Part shown: piece by piece, positions 7,289 through 17,551 of the stretch | Layout: each line of letters starts with the position of its first letter | How positions within the stretch are numbered: the stretch's first letter is position 1 | DNA from: Bacilli bacterium | GTDB taxonomy: Bacteria > Bacillota_I > Bacilli_A > RFN20 > CAG-826 | NCBI GenBank assembly: GCA_024408095.1 | Contig: JAKSVI010000003.1 | Span: forward strand, 2,346-66,345 | Length of the DNA: 64,000 nt | Direction: 5' to 3' | The notes under the pieces: generated by a model | What the model saw: only the letters and a program-made list of their open reading frames with translations | Database searches by the model: none | What the model was told of the DNA's origin: nothing | Position numbers and translations under genes: made by a program

Positions 7289-7939
7289 ATGACAAAATTA
7301 TTTGAAAAAATTAACAAATGGGTAATTGTTGGTATTGCTGGCGTATATGGCCTATTAAGGCTAATCGGTGGTATTATTTTAGTTTCCAAAAACACCGTTG
7401 AAAATCACGCTGGAACAGCCTCACTCTTTAGTGGACTTGTTATTGCTGCAATTGCTGGTCTCCTTATTTATTTCTTAATTAGGGACAAAAAGAAAGAAGC
7501 AACCATCGTTGGCATTGTACTTGCTGGTTCATTAGTTGTCTCCGCTCTTACAACTGCTGTTAGTGAATGGAGTATGGCCTATTCTCTTGACAGACAATTA
7601 AAAGAATTTGGCGAATGGATGTCATCTGAAAACAAGAAAGAGTTGTCAACTGCTATTAGTTATTATGTCGTTTATGGGATTGCAACCTTAACAATGTTTG
7701 TTGGCGCTGTCGCTTATATGACACCAAAACTAACACAAAAAGTACCACAAAAAGTTGTTAGCCTTGTTGCTTTAATTTCTTTTGCTGCTGCTTTTGTTCT
7801 CTTCTTAGTTGCTACCATCATTTATGGAAATTGCGAAATGCTTAAACATGCAACCGAAAGTGTCGCAAACACAATACTCAATATTGCTTCAATGGTTGAA
7901 GCTGTCTTGTTACTTGTCTTAATGAATAAAGATTTTTAA
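7289..7939 (+). CDS. multi-pass membrane protein, unknown function
   Basis: AAGGAA RBS. Several hydrophobic helices (VIVGIAGVYGLL, LFSGLVIAAIAGLLIYFLI, and others). Confidence 0.7.
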   Translation: MTKLFEKINKWVIVGIAGVYGLLRLIGGIILVSKNTVENHAGTASLFSGLVIAAIAGLLIYFLIRDKKKEATIVGIVLAGSLVVSALTTAVSEWSMAYSLDRQLKEFGEWMSSENKKELSTAISYYVVYGIATLTMFVGAVAYMTPKLTQKVPQKVVSLVALISFAAAFVLFLVATIIYGNCEMLKHATESVANTILNIASMVEAVLLLVLMNKDF

Positions 7940-7955
7940 TTCTTTATTATATTAG

Positions 7956-7990
7956 AAAAAGAACTTGGGACTCCCGAGTTCTTTTCTTAT
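7956..7990. terminator. bidirectional intrinsic terminator between convergent genes
   Basis: AAAAAGAACTTGGGA/TCCCGAGTTCTTTTC hairpin (one G-U pair) flanked by an A-run and a T-run. Confidence 0.7.
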
Positions 7991-8877
7991 TTTGAAGCTA
8001 TTAGTTTATTTCCAATTTCAACACAATGTTGATAGTCTTTATCAATTGGAAGCTTACATTTTTTAGGATAGCCTGATATTTCAAAAATTCCTCTTGGTCC
8101 AGTGGTATTATTTTGATCCATATTAAGAGCATAAAGCATTGATAAACTAGCTTTTCTTGGAGTATGAAATGCCACTTTCATAAACCCTTTTGCAATTGCA
8201 TGAAACGCCTTCTTTCTATATCCTTTTTGAATAAGGGGAGAATATGTTCCTCCTGGATGAGATAAGTCAAAAACTATATTAGAATTGGCATATTTTTCTT
8301 CAAAATAGCAAAACATATTGTTAATTGCTCTTTTACTTCGAGCATAAATTTTCATCGGTTTATATCTATTTTCCATAAAGAAATCTTTATAGTCAATTTT
8401 ATTATATCTAGTGGTTAATGAGGAGACATAAAGCATATGTACCTTGTGCTTTAATCTTTGAAAATAAGGTAAAAGTAAATTGGAAAGATATAGCGTTCCA
8501 AGATAATTAGTTCCCATGACAATTTCAAATTCATTTTCAGTTTTAGAATATGGGAGTCTAAATACACCTGCGTTATTTACAAAGTGATCAACATCATATT
8601 TTTGGATTTCTTTTGCTGCATTTTCTATTGATGAGAATGAGGCTAAATCTAATTTAATAAATCCTATATTACATTTAGGAAATTCTTGTTGTAGAGATGT
8701 AATTGCATCTTTAGCTTTAGTTTCGTTTCTACATAAAAGAAAAATATTACTTCCTAGTTTTGCACAATGTCGCGCAAGTTCAAAACCAATACCAGAGTTT
8801 CCGCCGGTTATGAAAACATTCTTATTTTCAAAATTACTTTTATTGATATTTTTGCTTATCCATTTTTCTATAGACAT
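7987..8877 (-). CDS. short-chain dehydrogenase/reductase (SDR) family oxidoreductase
   Basis: Rossmann motif VFITGGNSGIGFELA, NNAG motif, and catalytic YARSK (YxxxK). Confidence 0.85.
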   Translation of the reverse strand: MSIEKWISKNINKSNFENKNVFITGGNSGIGFELARHCAKLGSNIFLLCRNETKAKDAITSLQQEFPKCNIGFIKLDLASFSSIENAAKEIQKYDVDHFVNNAGVFRLPYSKTENEFEIVMGTNYLGTLYLSNLLLPYFQRLKHKVHMLYVSSLTTRYNKIDYKDFFMENRYKPMKIYARSKRAINNMFCYFEEKYANSNIVFDLSHPGGTYSPLIQKGYRKKAFHAIAKGFMKVAFHTPRKASLSMLYALNMDQNNTTGPRGIFEISGYPKKCKLPIDKDYQHCVEIGNKLIASK

Positions 8878-8989
8878 GTTGATATAATATCATTATTTCG
8901 TATATTACTATTAAGAATTCGCAAAAAGATGTCTATAATATCTTAAGTTTCTAAAATTGACTATACTAATTAAAGCAATTGTGAAACAT

Positions 8990-9036
8990 AATGAGACTTA
9001 ACAAATTTGTCTCAATATACTAGATTTGCAGAGGGT
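8990..9036 (+). promoter_or_regulatory. conserved 5'-leader motif, copy A (unknown function)
   Basis: AATGAGAC-N11-CAAATTTGTCTCAATA-N5-GATTTGCAGAG-GGTTT. A near-identical core lies upstream of the gene at 39412. TGAGAC/GTCTCA can form a stem. Confidence 0.35.
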
Positions 9037-9049
9037 TTCTAATTAAATT

Positions 9050-9928
9050 ATGAAGAAAATTATTAATTCGAGATGTTTATCTTTACTTACAGTTCTAATT
9101 ATTTACGTTATATGTTTTGCTGTAGGATTTTATGGATCTATATTTATTATTAATAATGATTTATTAAGATTTTTTGTCGCTGACATAATAGCTACAGTTG
9201 TGTGTTTTATTTTCTCACTTTTATTTAAAAATACTTCTGTTTATGATCCTTATTGGAGTGTTACCCCTATAGTTATTTCTTTGTATTTCTTTATTGCTTA
9301 TAAAGCATATTTTTCTATTCCTAATATTATTTTATTTGCTGTTTTAGCAATATGGGGAATTAGATTAACAGTTAATTGGATAACAACATTCCCAAATTTA
9401 ACGCATGAAGATTATAGATATAGTGATTATCGACATAAATTATCTAAAGGTAAATTTTTTATTGTAAATTTCTTTGGACTTCATATGATTCCAACATTAA
9501 TTGTTTATGTATGTTTAGTGCCTCTTTTATATCTATTCATGAGAGGTAACAACTCATATTTGACATTAATTGGTGCAGTTATTATGCTTATCGGCATTTT
9601 ACTTGAACTCTTTGCAGATAGAGATATGCATGTGTTCTTAAGAACAACAAAAGAAAGAGTAACTTGCAAACAAGGTTTATGGAATTATTCAAGACATCCT
9701 AATTACTTAGGAGAAAATTTAATTTGGATTGGTATATTTTTATCGTTTATTGTTGTCTATTCTAGTGTGTGGTACTTATCTTTAGGATTTATATTGATGA
9801 TATTATTGTTTGAATTTATATCCATTCCATTGGCTGAAAATCATCATAAGAGCCGCAGAAGCGATTATGTTGATTATATAAAAACTACTTCTAGAATGTT
9901 GATTTTGCCACATAGGAAAAGTCGTTAG
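9050..9928 (+). CDS. DUF1295 / steroid 5-alpha-reductase-like membrane protein
   Basis: Polytopic membrane protein. The C-terminal WNYSRHPNYLGENLIWIGIFL is typical of the DUF1295/ICMT-like family. Confidence 0.75.
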   Translation: MKKIINSRCLSLLTVLIIYVICFAVGFYGSIFIINNDLLRFFVADIIATVVCFIFSLLFKNTSVYDPYWSVTPIVISLYFFIAYKAYFSIPNIILFAVLAIWGIRLTVNWITTFPNLTHEDYRYSDYRHKLSKGKFFIVNFFGLHMIPTLIVYVCLVPLLYLFMRGNNSYLTLIGAVIMLIGILLELFADRDMHVFLRTTKERVTCKQGLWNYSRHPNYLGENLIWIGIFLSFIVVYSSVWYLSLGFILMILLFEFISIPLAENHHKSRRSDYVDYIKTTSRMLILPHRKSR

Positions 9929-9954
9929 AACTTATCATCAAAAATCCATGTTAA

Positions 9955-9982
9955 GGCAGTGACAATTCACAGCCCTTTTTTG
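9955..9982 (+). terminator. intrinsic terminator after the DUF1295 gene
   Basis: GGCAGTGA-CAAT-TCACAGCC hairpin (one mismatch) followed by CTTTTTTG. Confidence 0.5.
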
Positions 9983-9989
9983 TTATAAT
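9981..9989 (+). promoter_or_regulatory. extended -10 element (TGTTATAAT) upstream of addB
   Basis: TGnTATAAT match 9 nt upstream of the addB ATG region. The -35 is weak. Confidence 0.35.
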
Positions 9990-9997
9990 GAATAGGT

Positions 9998-12598
9998 ATG
10001 CAATTCAAAGAAACAATCATCCTTGCGCCAGGAGCAAACGAGACCGAATTATTAAGATCTCTTGCAAAACAAAACATCAATACTTTTGGTGTTCGTGTTT
10101 TTAGTTCGATTGATTTGGCTAAAATGGCATTAGAAAGAAATGGCGTTTCGACTGAAAAGCATCTGCTTGATGATACTTTTGCAAGCTTCTATGCTTATAA
10201 AGCTTTGGAACAAATTCAATACTTTAAAGTTTGCAAATTATCTGATGCAACTCATTTTGTACAATCCATAAATAATTTGCGTGAATATATTGTTGATATT
10301 AATCAATTTGAAAAGTTATTAAATGGCGAATTTCTTAATAAAAATGTCTCCGTTTTGCAGGGTTTTAAGAGATATCTAGAAATATTAAATAGTAAAAATT
10401 TAATAGATAAATATGAATTAATTAGAGATGTAATATCATCTAATTTAAAAATAAATGTTGATATAAAAATACTGAAATCGTTTTCTCTTAAACCATTAGA
10501 TATAGCATTAATAAAATCTTTAACTAATAAAGAGCCAACATATCTAGATTTAGAGATTGAAAACGAAAATTATTCTGTCGCAGAATATAATTCATTTTTT
10601 GGTGAAAAAGCTGAAGCGGAACACGTTATTAAATATATTATAGATAATAATATAAAATTCGATGAAGTAACTGTCGCTGTTAGCAATGCTAAATATGCAA
10701 ATGTATTTCAAGATTTAGCAATTCAAAATAATCTACCCATTGATATAGGCATGCCAAGAGATTTAAGAGTAACAATGCCAGGCCAATTTCTTTTAACCAT
10801 TATCAACTGGATGAATGGTTTTTATAATAAAGATGAACTAGAAAAATTGTTTAGCTTTCCATACATAGATAAAGAGAAATTATTTGGATTATTATGTATT
10901 GAAGATTTATCTGATATTCAAACATATAACAGAGTAGTTGAAGCAATAGGCAAAATGCGTATTAGCTTAGATTGTCTTAGCAATGAGAAAAAAATAATAT
11001 CTTTTGAAAATCAAATAAGAGAACAAAAAAACTTTGGTGGGCCCAACAATAAGATACACTATATCGTATCTGATAATTTTCCACAGGCTTTAAGAAATAT
11101 TTGTAATCTTTTTAATAATGGTTTTGCTGGTTTATTTAGCCTTCTTAAAATTGATCCTGATAATAAAATTGATGAAATGGCAAAAAACGCTATTGTTGAT
11201 TATGTTATGTTAGGCGAGTGTTTGAAAGTTCGATTAGAAGATCTCGTCGAGAACGTTCAATTATTATCATTGCCTGGAATAATCAGTAACGAAGGAAGTT
11301 TATATGTTACCACAATTTCTAAAGCAAAAAATGTAATTCGTAAACACTTATTTGTTCTTGGACTTAGCAATGAATTATATCCAGGTTCTCCGAAAGAAGA
11401 TTTTGTTCTTTTGGATATGGATTATAATTGCATGGGATATAAAGGAAATAGATCGCATGATGAATTACTAGAAAAGTCTAATTGTTTATTGGATCTACTT
11501 AAATTAAATTCTAAAAATAAAATTTATTTATCTTATCCTTATTATGAAACTGATGAACTAAAAAGTAAAAATGCATCCGCTCTTTTATTTGATATTTTCT
11601 CATCACAAAATAACGGTAAAACATCATTGGACGATTTCAACAAAATCATAAATAAACATGGATATTTTGATTCATCTATTTCAGTTGCACGAAACGTGAA
11701 TCAACAATACTTAAATAATATAAAAATCATAAAAAAAGTGGCGAATTGCAATAAAAATGATGAAAATTCTCAAGATTTGAGTGCCACTAACAATAATTAT
11801 TTAGACAAATATTATTCCGCTAGCGCGATAAACACTTACTTCCTCTGCCCTTATAAATTTTATCTAAAATATATTGTTGGTTGTGAGGATCCGTTCCTTA
11901 CTGATCCAATTGAAGATGTAGCCTATAATGATATAGGCAATGTCCTCCATAAGGCTTTAGAAGATTTAAATAAAAATGTAGATACAAAAGATGAATTTCT
12001 TAATGATGTTATAAAAGTTTTTAAATCAGAGATATGTACTACACGAGCCTTCCTAATTAAGGAAACCGCTAGGAAAAAACTGGATGAAATTTTATCTATT
12101 GCCGCTATTGCCTATGATATGGCCTCATTGAATATGCCGTACTTATGCGAAACTGAAATTTTTGCAACACATCCAAGTGGAGTAAAGTTACATGGTTTAC
12201 CCGATAGAATAGAAATAGAAAATGATAGTTTAGTAATAATAGATTATAAGACTGAAAGTAAGGTTGAAAGAGATGCTAGTAAAGTTGAAACCTTAGGACA
12301 GATTTTAACTTATGCATATTTAGTAAATAATAGTAAACACGCAAGGTACAAAGTAAAAAAATGTATTTATCGATATATTAGATTGGGCCAAGAAATCATA
12401 GTAGAAGATCAAAATTTAGAAAACCATTTAGAAAAATTTGATGTTTTGATTAATCAATTTAAAAACGATCTAACAACTGGTAATTTTATTGCCGCTCCAA
12501 GTAAGAGTAAGTGTAAATATTGCAATTATAAAGATATATGCAATAGACATATAGTTTTAACTGAGAAAGGAGAAATTTCTGATGACGAAGATGAATGA
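9998..12598 (+). CDS. addB: helicase-nuclease complex subunit B (AddB/RexB type)
   Basis: C-terminal PD-(D/E)XK nuclease with Fe-S cysteines (CPYKFYLKY ... DRIE..IIDYKT ... CKYCNYKDIC). The N-terminal NTPase motif is degenerate. It overlaps addA by 17 nt. Confidence 0.85.
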   Translation: MQFKETIILAPGANETELLRSLAKQNINTFGVRVFSSIDLAKMALERNGVSTEKHLLDDTFASFYAYKALEQIQYFKVCKLSDATHFVQSINNLREYIVDINQFEKLLNGEFLNKNVSVLQGFKRYLEILNSKNLIDKYELIRDVISSNLKINVDIKILKSFSLKPLDIALIKSLTNKEPTYLDLEIENENYSVAEYNSFFGEKAEAEHVIKYIIDNNIKFDEVTVAVSNAKYANVFQDLAIQNNLPIDIGMPRDLRVTMPGQFLLTIINWMNGFYNKDELEKLFSFPYIDKEKLFGLLCIEDLSDIQTYNRVVEAIGKMRISLDCLSNEKKIISFENQIREQKNFGGPNNKIHYIVSDNFPQALRNICNLFNNGFAGLFSLLKIDPDNKIDEMAKNAIVDYVMLGECLKVRLEDLVENVQLLSLPGIISNEGSLYVTTISKAKNVIRKHLFVLGLSNELYPGSPKEDFVLLDMDYNCMGYKGNRSHDELLEKSNCLLDLLKLNSKNKIYLSYPYYETDELKSKNASALLFDIFSSQNNGKTSLDDFNKIINKHGYFDSSISVARNVNQQYLNNIKIIKKVANCNKNDENSQDLSATNNNYLDKYYSASAINTYFLCPYKFYLKYIVGCEDPFLTDPIEDVAYNDIGNVLHKALEDLNKNVDTKDEFLNDVIKVFKSEICTTRAFLIKETARKKLDEILSIAAIAYDMASLNMPYLCETEIFATHPSGVKLHGLPDRIEIENDSLVIIDYKTESKVERDASKVETLGQILTYAYLVNNSKHARYKVKKCIYRYIRLGQEIIVEDQNLENHLEKFDVLINQFKNDLTTGNFIAAPSKSKCKYCNYKDICNRHIVLTEKGEISDDEDE

Positions 12599-15500
12599 TG
12601 ATGTCGCTAGAGATTTAATTACTAACTCTCTTAATAAAAACTATATTGTTGAGGCTGGCGCTGGTAGTGGCAAAACTACAGCTTTAGTTAAAAGATTAGT
12701 GAAATTAGTAGAAGAAGATCCAGATAATATTTCTAAGATATCTTGTATTACATTCACTAAAGCTGCTGCTAATGAATTTTTTGAACGATTTCAAGATCTT
12801 CTTTCTAAAAGATCTCATGTATATAAAGAAGATAATCATAGACCAGGTGACTTACCTGATCCTACAGAGAAAACCGCATCAAATTGTAGGCAAGCACTTA
12901 AAAATATTAATTTATGTTTTATGGGAACAATTGATGCGTTCGTACAAAAATTAACAAATGAACACCCATATGAATTTAAGGTTCCTGCAGGAATTAATGT
13001 TATTGATGAAGATAAACAAAAAACATACATTAATAAAATTTATTTAGAGATTTTAACTGGTAAATATGACAATAACATAAAAGATAATCCTTTATCTTCT
13101 TATTGCGTAAAAGCTCTTTCCTATCTCAAAAGTTCATCTGACTTCATTATAGGCATCCAATATTTCTTAAAACTAAGAAGTTCATTGCCAATTATTGAAC
13201 ATAACATAGATTTAACATTGGAATTAGATAATGCTTTATTACATGAAAAAGAGCAATTAAAAGATGTATCGCGAGAAATAAATAATTTGATAAGAAGTTT
13301 GCCCAGTCCTACAAAGGTGCAACTAGAATTGTTAAAAGCTAGCAATGTTCCTTCTTTATGTTGGGATAAACATAACCAAAGAATACTAAAATATTTAGAT
13401 ACTTTAAAAGCCGTTCACTTTAAGAAAAAATTTATTGAATCATTACCTTGCCATGAAAATAAATTAAATCTTGTAATTGATGAAGAAAATAATAACCAAT
13501 ACATAATTCAACCTGAATTCATTGAAAGAATAAAAGATGGCATTAACAATTTTATTGCTAATTATCTATTTAAGGCATTTTATGAATGTTCAAAAATTGT
13601 TTCAGATTATATTCAAGAAAAAGGATTATTTACTTATAGTGATTTTATTATAAATATTAGAGATTCTTTAAAAAACGACGTTAAATCTCAAGGGAAATTA
13701 ATAAAATTCATTCAAAAGAATAGAAAATATTATTTCTTAGATGAGTTCCAAGATACCAATCCTTTGCAGACAGAAATTTTCTTCTATTTATGTAGCGAAC
13801 AATTAGATGAAGACTATCGAAAATGTGTTTTAAAGCCTGGATCATTATTTATTGTGGGAGATCCAAAACAATCCATTTATAGATTTACAGGTGCTGATTA
13901 TTCTATGTTCTTGAGAACTGAAGAATTATTTAGAAAAGATCCTACTCACTGTGAAGTATTATTATTAAATAAAAATTTCAGATCTAATGTTGATTTAAGG
14001 AAATATTTTAATGTTCAAATGCCTCAATTATTTTCTTATCCATATGATAAGGTCGACTTCCCTGAAGTACCTGAAGATGTATATAACGATATGGATAATG
14101 TTGCTACTTTATCTGGTGTTTATACATATTTTGATGAATATGGTAAAGTATCAGATTCTGGAACAACCAAAAGTGATGCTCATAAAGTTGGCCAAATCAT
14201 AAAACAACTAATAAAGAATCAATATACTATCTCCTACACTTATAAAGATGAACAGCAACATTTATTGAAAGGTGTAAGAACGCTAAAATATGAAGACTTC
14301 ATGGTTATTTTACCAAGTAAAAAACAATTGAATAATTATTTAAAGGTATTTGTTGAGATGGGAATTCCTCATTTTATTGAAGGAGGTTCTTTATTTGATG
14401 AATCAGAAGCATTAACAGAGATTAAGCAATTGTTTAACGCAATTGTTATGCCAAATAATAAGTCTCATGTTTATCTTGCTTTATTAACGGATTATATTGG
14501 GCTACAAGAATCTGATATTCAACAATTGCTATTAAATAATATTCCGTTATCTATTAATAGAAATATTGATAATATATCTACTTTGTCAAAAGACATACAA
14601 GACAAATTCAATAAATTAGTGCATTTATATTTCGTCACTAAAGATATGTCTTATAGTGCTAAATTTTTATATCTAATTGAGAATATTAATTTATTTGATA
14701 GACATAATTATGAATATTTAGAATACGTTTATTACGCTTATGAATTAATTAAACAAGAAATTAATAACGGACTATGCAAATCTCCAGAAGAAATTATTAA
14801 GTTTGTCTCCGATATTTCTGGTGAAAATGCAGAATATGAGAGATGCTTTAATGTTTTATCAACTCCTGGTGGCAAAGTTCATATAGCAAATTTACACAAA
14901 ACTAAAGGACTTGAAGCTCCAGTAGTCATATTAGCGGCGCCTAAGAAAAAAACAAGTCCTAAAAAGAATAAATATCGTATCGAAAGAGATGCTGAAAACT
15001 CATCTGTTTATATTTTCTCTATTGATTCTCCTATAAATCAAAATGCTTCGATTACAACTTCATCAAAATACGGTAAAGAAAGCGATATTAAAAACAACAA
15101 AGAATCTAAGTATGTTGATGAAGATAGATCAAATCAGAGTGAAACAAGAAGATTAGAATATGTAGCAGCAACAAGAGCTAAGAATGTATTAATTATTTCT
15201 AAATATCTATACAAATCTACAGCTAAAAATAAACAAGATGAAGATCCAGTTATTAAAGCAGGGTTCTGGGATGATTTACTCAAGGATGATTATAGGCAAA
15301 TAGACGCTTTATTATCTAAAGATGAATCTACTACAAATAATGATGATAATGGAAATGTATGTGCTGATTATTGTGATAAACCTTTAATGTCAGAAGAATC
15401 ATTAAAGCCTTCATATAAAATAATTCATCCATCTAAAATTGATGGAAAAATGGATAATTTAAGAGATGATGATTTAGTTTCCTCATATGGTAATAATATA

Positions 15501-16010
15501 GATTCAACATCTGCAACTGCAATTGGAACGATGGTTCATAAATTATTAGAGTTAATTGTTAATTCAAATGGTCTTATCCTGAGATATGATGCAATCTCCA
15601 TAATAGTTAATGAATTCCCATTTTTAACTGATGAAAATATTCAAATGTTAGAATGTGTCTTCGATATTTTTACTAGAGGTGGTTTTAAACAAAAAAATGG
15701 AAGCTTACCTCAAGATCTTTTGAATCAAATTAAAGAATCAAAAAGCGTAATGTGCGAGGTTCCATTTGCCTATATGAAAGATTGTAATTTGTATAATGGA
15801 ATTATGGATTTAGTTATAGAAAATCAAGATGGATCCTATACGATTATTGACTATAAAACAAATGGTGAAGATGATGTTAAGAAATTAGAAGAGGAATATT
15901 ATTCTCAATTATCAAATTATGTTCAAGCATTTAAAGAAATTGTCGGAAATGATAAAAATGTTATCGCTAAAATTTATCATATAAATGTTAAAAATCTATT
16001 GCAAAACTAG
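12582..16010 (+). CDS. addA: ATP-dependent helicase/nuclease subunit A (AddA/RexA)
   Basis: UvrD-type motifs VEAGAGSGKTTALV, YFLDEFQDTNP, VGDPKQSIYRFTGA and VAATRAK. The C-terminal nuclease has IIDYKTN. Confidence 0.9.
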   Translation: MTKMNDDVARDLITNSLNKNYIVEAGAGSGKTTALVKRLVKLVEEDPDNISKISCITFTKAAANEFFERFQDLLSKRSHVYKEDNHRPGDLPDPTEKTASNCRQALKNINLCFMGTIDAFVQKLTNEHPYEFKVPAGINVIDEDKQKTYINKIYLEILTGKYDNNIKDNPLSSYCVKALSYLKSSSDFIIGIQYFLKLRSSLPIIEHNIDLTLELDNALLHEKEQLKDVSREINNLIRSLPSPTKVQLELLKASNVPSLCWDKHNQRILKYLDTLKAVHFKKKFIESLPCHENKLNLVIDEENNNQYIIQPEFIERIKDGINNFIANYLFKAFYECSKIVSDYIQEKGLFTYSDFIINIRDSLKNDVKSQGKLIKFIQKNRKYYFLDEFQDTNPLQTEIFFYLCSEQLDEDYRKCVLKPGSLFIVGDPKQSIYRFTGADYSMFLRTEELFRKDPTHCEVLLLNKNFRSNVDLRKYFNVQMPQLFSYPYDKVDFPEVPEDVYNDMDNVATLSGVYTYFDEYGKVSDSGTTKSDAHKVGQIIKQLIKNQYTISYTYKDEQQHLLKGVRTLKYEDFMVILPSKKQLNNYLKVFVEMGIPHFIEGGSLFDESEALTEIKQLFNAIVMPNNKSHVYLALLTDYIGLQESDIQQLLLNNIPLSINRNIDNISTLSKDIQDKFNKLVHLYFVTKDMSYSAKFLYLIENINLFDRHNYEYLEYVYYAYELIKQEINNGLCKSPEEIIKFVSDISGENAEYERCFNVLSTPGGKVHIANLHKTKGLEAPVVILAAPKKKTSPKKNKYRIERDAENSSVYIFSIDSPINQNASITTSSKYGKESDIKNNKESKYVDEDRSNQSETRRLEYVAATRAKNVLIISKYLYKSTAKNKQDEDPVIKAGFWDDLLKDDYRQIDALLSKDESTTNNDDNGNVCADYCDKPLMSEESLKPSYKIIHPSKIDGKMDNLRDDDLVSSYGNNIDSTSATAIGTMVHKLLELIVNSNGLILRYDAISIIVNEFPFLTDENIQMLECVFDIFTRGGFKQKNGSLPQDLLNQIKESKSVMCEVPFAYMKDCNLYNGIMDLVIENQDGSYTIIDYKTNGEDDVKKLEEEYYSQLSNYVQAFKEIVGNDKNVIAKIYHINVKNLLQN

Positions 16011-16045
16011 TGTATTTAAGCGGAAATTATTAATTTGTTAAGGTT

Positions 16046-16483
16046 ATGAAAAAATATTATTCTCAAAACTATGATTTAGCATTAAAGCCTAAAAAAGAGG
16101 AATTTAGCGATATTAATTCTCTTGATAAACTTTATGATTTGTTTTCAAAAGCGTGGAGTGAACAAACGTGTGCGCCAAGATTAAGAAACCTTTGGAATAA
16201 AAACAATATTACAGTTGGCCAATGTTCAATAACTTCTTTAATAATTCAAGACATTTACGGAGGAGAAGTTTATGGAGTGCCTTTAGAAGATGGCGGATTC
16301 CATTGCTTTAACTTTATAGATGGAATTATTTTTGATCTAACTAGTTCTCAGTTTGGAGATGTTAAGTTAAATTACACATTGAAATATAAACAAAATAAAG
16401 ATGAACAATTATTAAATGAAGATAAGAAAGCACGTTATATATTATTAAAAAATCAGGTATTAGAGGTTCTATTTGAGAGATAA
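16046..16483 (+). CDS. YunG-like small conserved protein
   Basis: The pattern WSEQTCAPR...WNKNNITVGQCSITSLIIQDIYGGEVY...HCFN..DG..FDLTSSQF recalls the YunG family. Assigned from memory of that family only. Confidence 0.5.
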   Translation: MKKYYSQNYDLALKPKKEEFSDINSLDKLYDLFSKAWSEQTCAPRLRNLWNKNNITVGQCSITSLIIQDIYGGEVYGVPLEDGGFHCFNFIDGIIFDLTSSQFGDVKLNYTLKYKQNKDEQLLNEDKKARYILLKNQVLEVLFER

Positions 16484-16550
16484 AGTGAGTGAGTTATATC
16501 CATATTATGATAAAAATGGTTTATCGCCATTTTATTTTTGATTAGATGAT

Positions 16551-17537
16551 TTATATATAAAAATAATTATCTAAACACTTTAATTTAGTGTTGCCGATAT
16601 TTGTGAATGTTGTTTCGTTAAATAATAAATACCAATGAGTGTGTTCACTGTTAAGGTATTTGTTAGTTAATTTACTCGCCTGAGTGCTAGATGCATATAT
16701 CCTAATTCTGGTTATTTGATCATACGCATTTAACTCAATAGTTACTCTATTGTAAGTCATATAGTTGCCATTATTTTTTAGATAAGGAGCGCATAAATCT
16801 AAGAAATCACTTATTACAGAAGGATGTGTTATTTGACCCTTTGAGTTAATGACTATATCTTCATTACAGCTATATTTAAATTTGCTCACTCTTTTAAATT
16901 GATGTAATTCAAAATATGAATCATCAATTTGAGATAGAGTAAATGGATATAATCCATCATCATCCCTTAAATTAGGTATAAATGTTGTTGCTGTTGTTAA
17001 ATCTCTATCAGCAATAGCGTATTTCCTTACTCCATTTACGTCTAAATAAATTTTGTTATACTCAGGAAGAGTTTTATATTCTTCGATATTTGAATATGTA
17101 TAACAAAATTTATTGGATATCATCCTAGTAGAAAGTAACGAGAAATCATTTTCATAATGAGATTTATATAATTCAAGAGCACTAGGAGTAAAATGTGAAG
17201 AATTATTAATAGTGTAGTTATTGCCCATATAAGAAATGGCTTGCTTTAGATGGGTGATATCATCAGGGTCTTCACCTTGTAAATCATCTTCTGGTTCATC
17301 ATAAACGTATGAAGGATCTATTGCTCCACATATGGAACATTCTCCATCAACATAGCTATGCTTACCTAAATTCTTTGCGAATCCAGTATGTTCACAATTA
17401 GATTCTTGCCAATGATAAGTTTCATCATATTTATATTTTTCTGAATAAGTATGTTCATGAGTATATTGTGTGCAAGAAAAGCAGCATGCAAGAGGCATGA
17501 GAAATACCGCTAAGCCTAACTTAATATGTTGTTTCAT
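16551..17537 (-). CDS. secreted/lipid-anchored protein, unknown function
   Basis: N-terminal signal MKQHIKLGLAVFLMPLACC. His/Cys-rich segment HEHTY..YHWQESNCEHTG..HSYVDGECSICG. ATG at 17537 is preferred to the listed TTG at 17543. Confidence 0.65.
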   Translation of the reverse strand: MKQHIKLGLAVFLMPLACCFSCTQYTHEHTYSEKYKYDETYHWQESNCEHTGFAKNLGKHSYVDGECSICGAIDPSYVYDEPEDDLQGEDPDDITHLKQAISYMGNNYTINNSSHFTPSALELYKSHYENDFSLLSTRMISNKFCYTYSNIEEYKTLPEYNKIYLDVNGVRKYAIADRDLTTATTFIPNLRDDDGLYPFTLSQIDDSYFELHQFKRVSKFKYSCNEDIVINSKGQITHPSVISDFLDLCAPYLKNNGNYMTYNRVTIELNAYDQITRIRIYASSTQASKLTNKYLNSEHTHWYLLFNETTFTNIGNTKLKCLDNYFYI

Positions 17538-17551
17538 TTGCAATTATTCAA

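Noticed and set aside
8990-9036. Reading the shared leader motif as a sigma-A promoter or a preQ1-I riboswitch
   Set aside because: No -10 hexamer sits 16-18 nt from TTGTCT or TTGCAG in either copy. The CAGAGG...A-rich tail resemblance to preQ1-I holds only for copy A and is lost in copy B.
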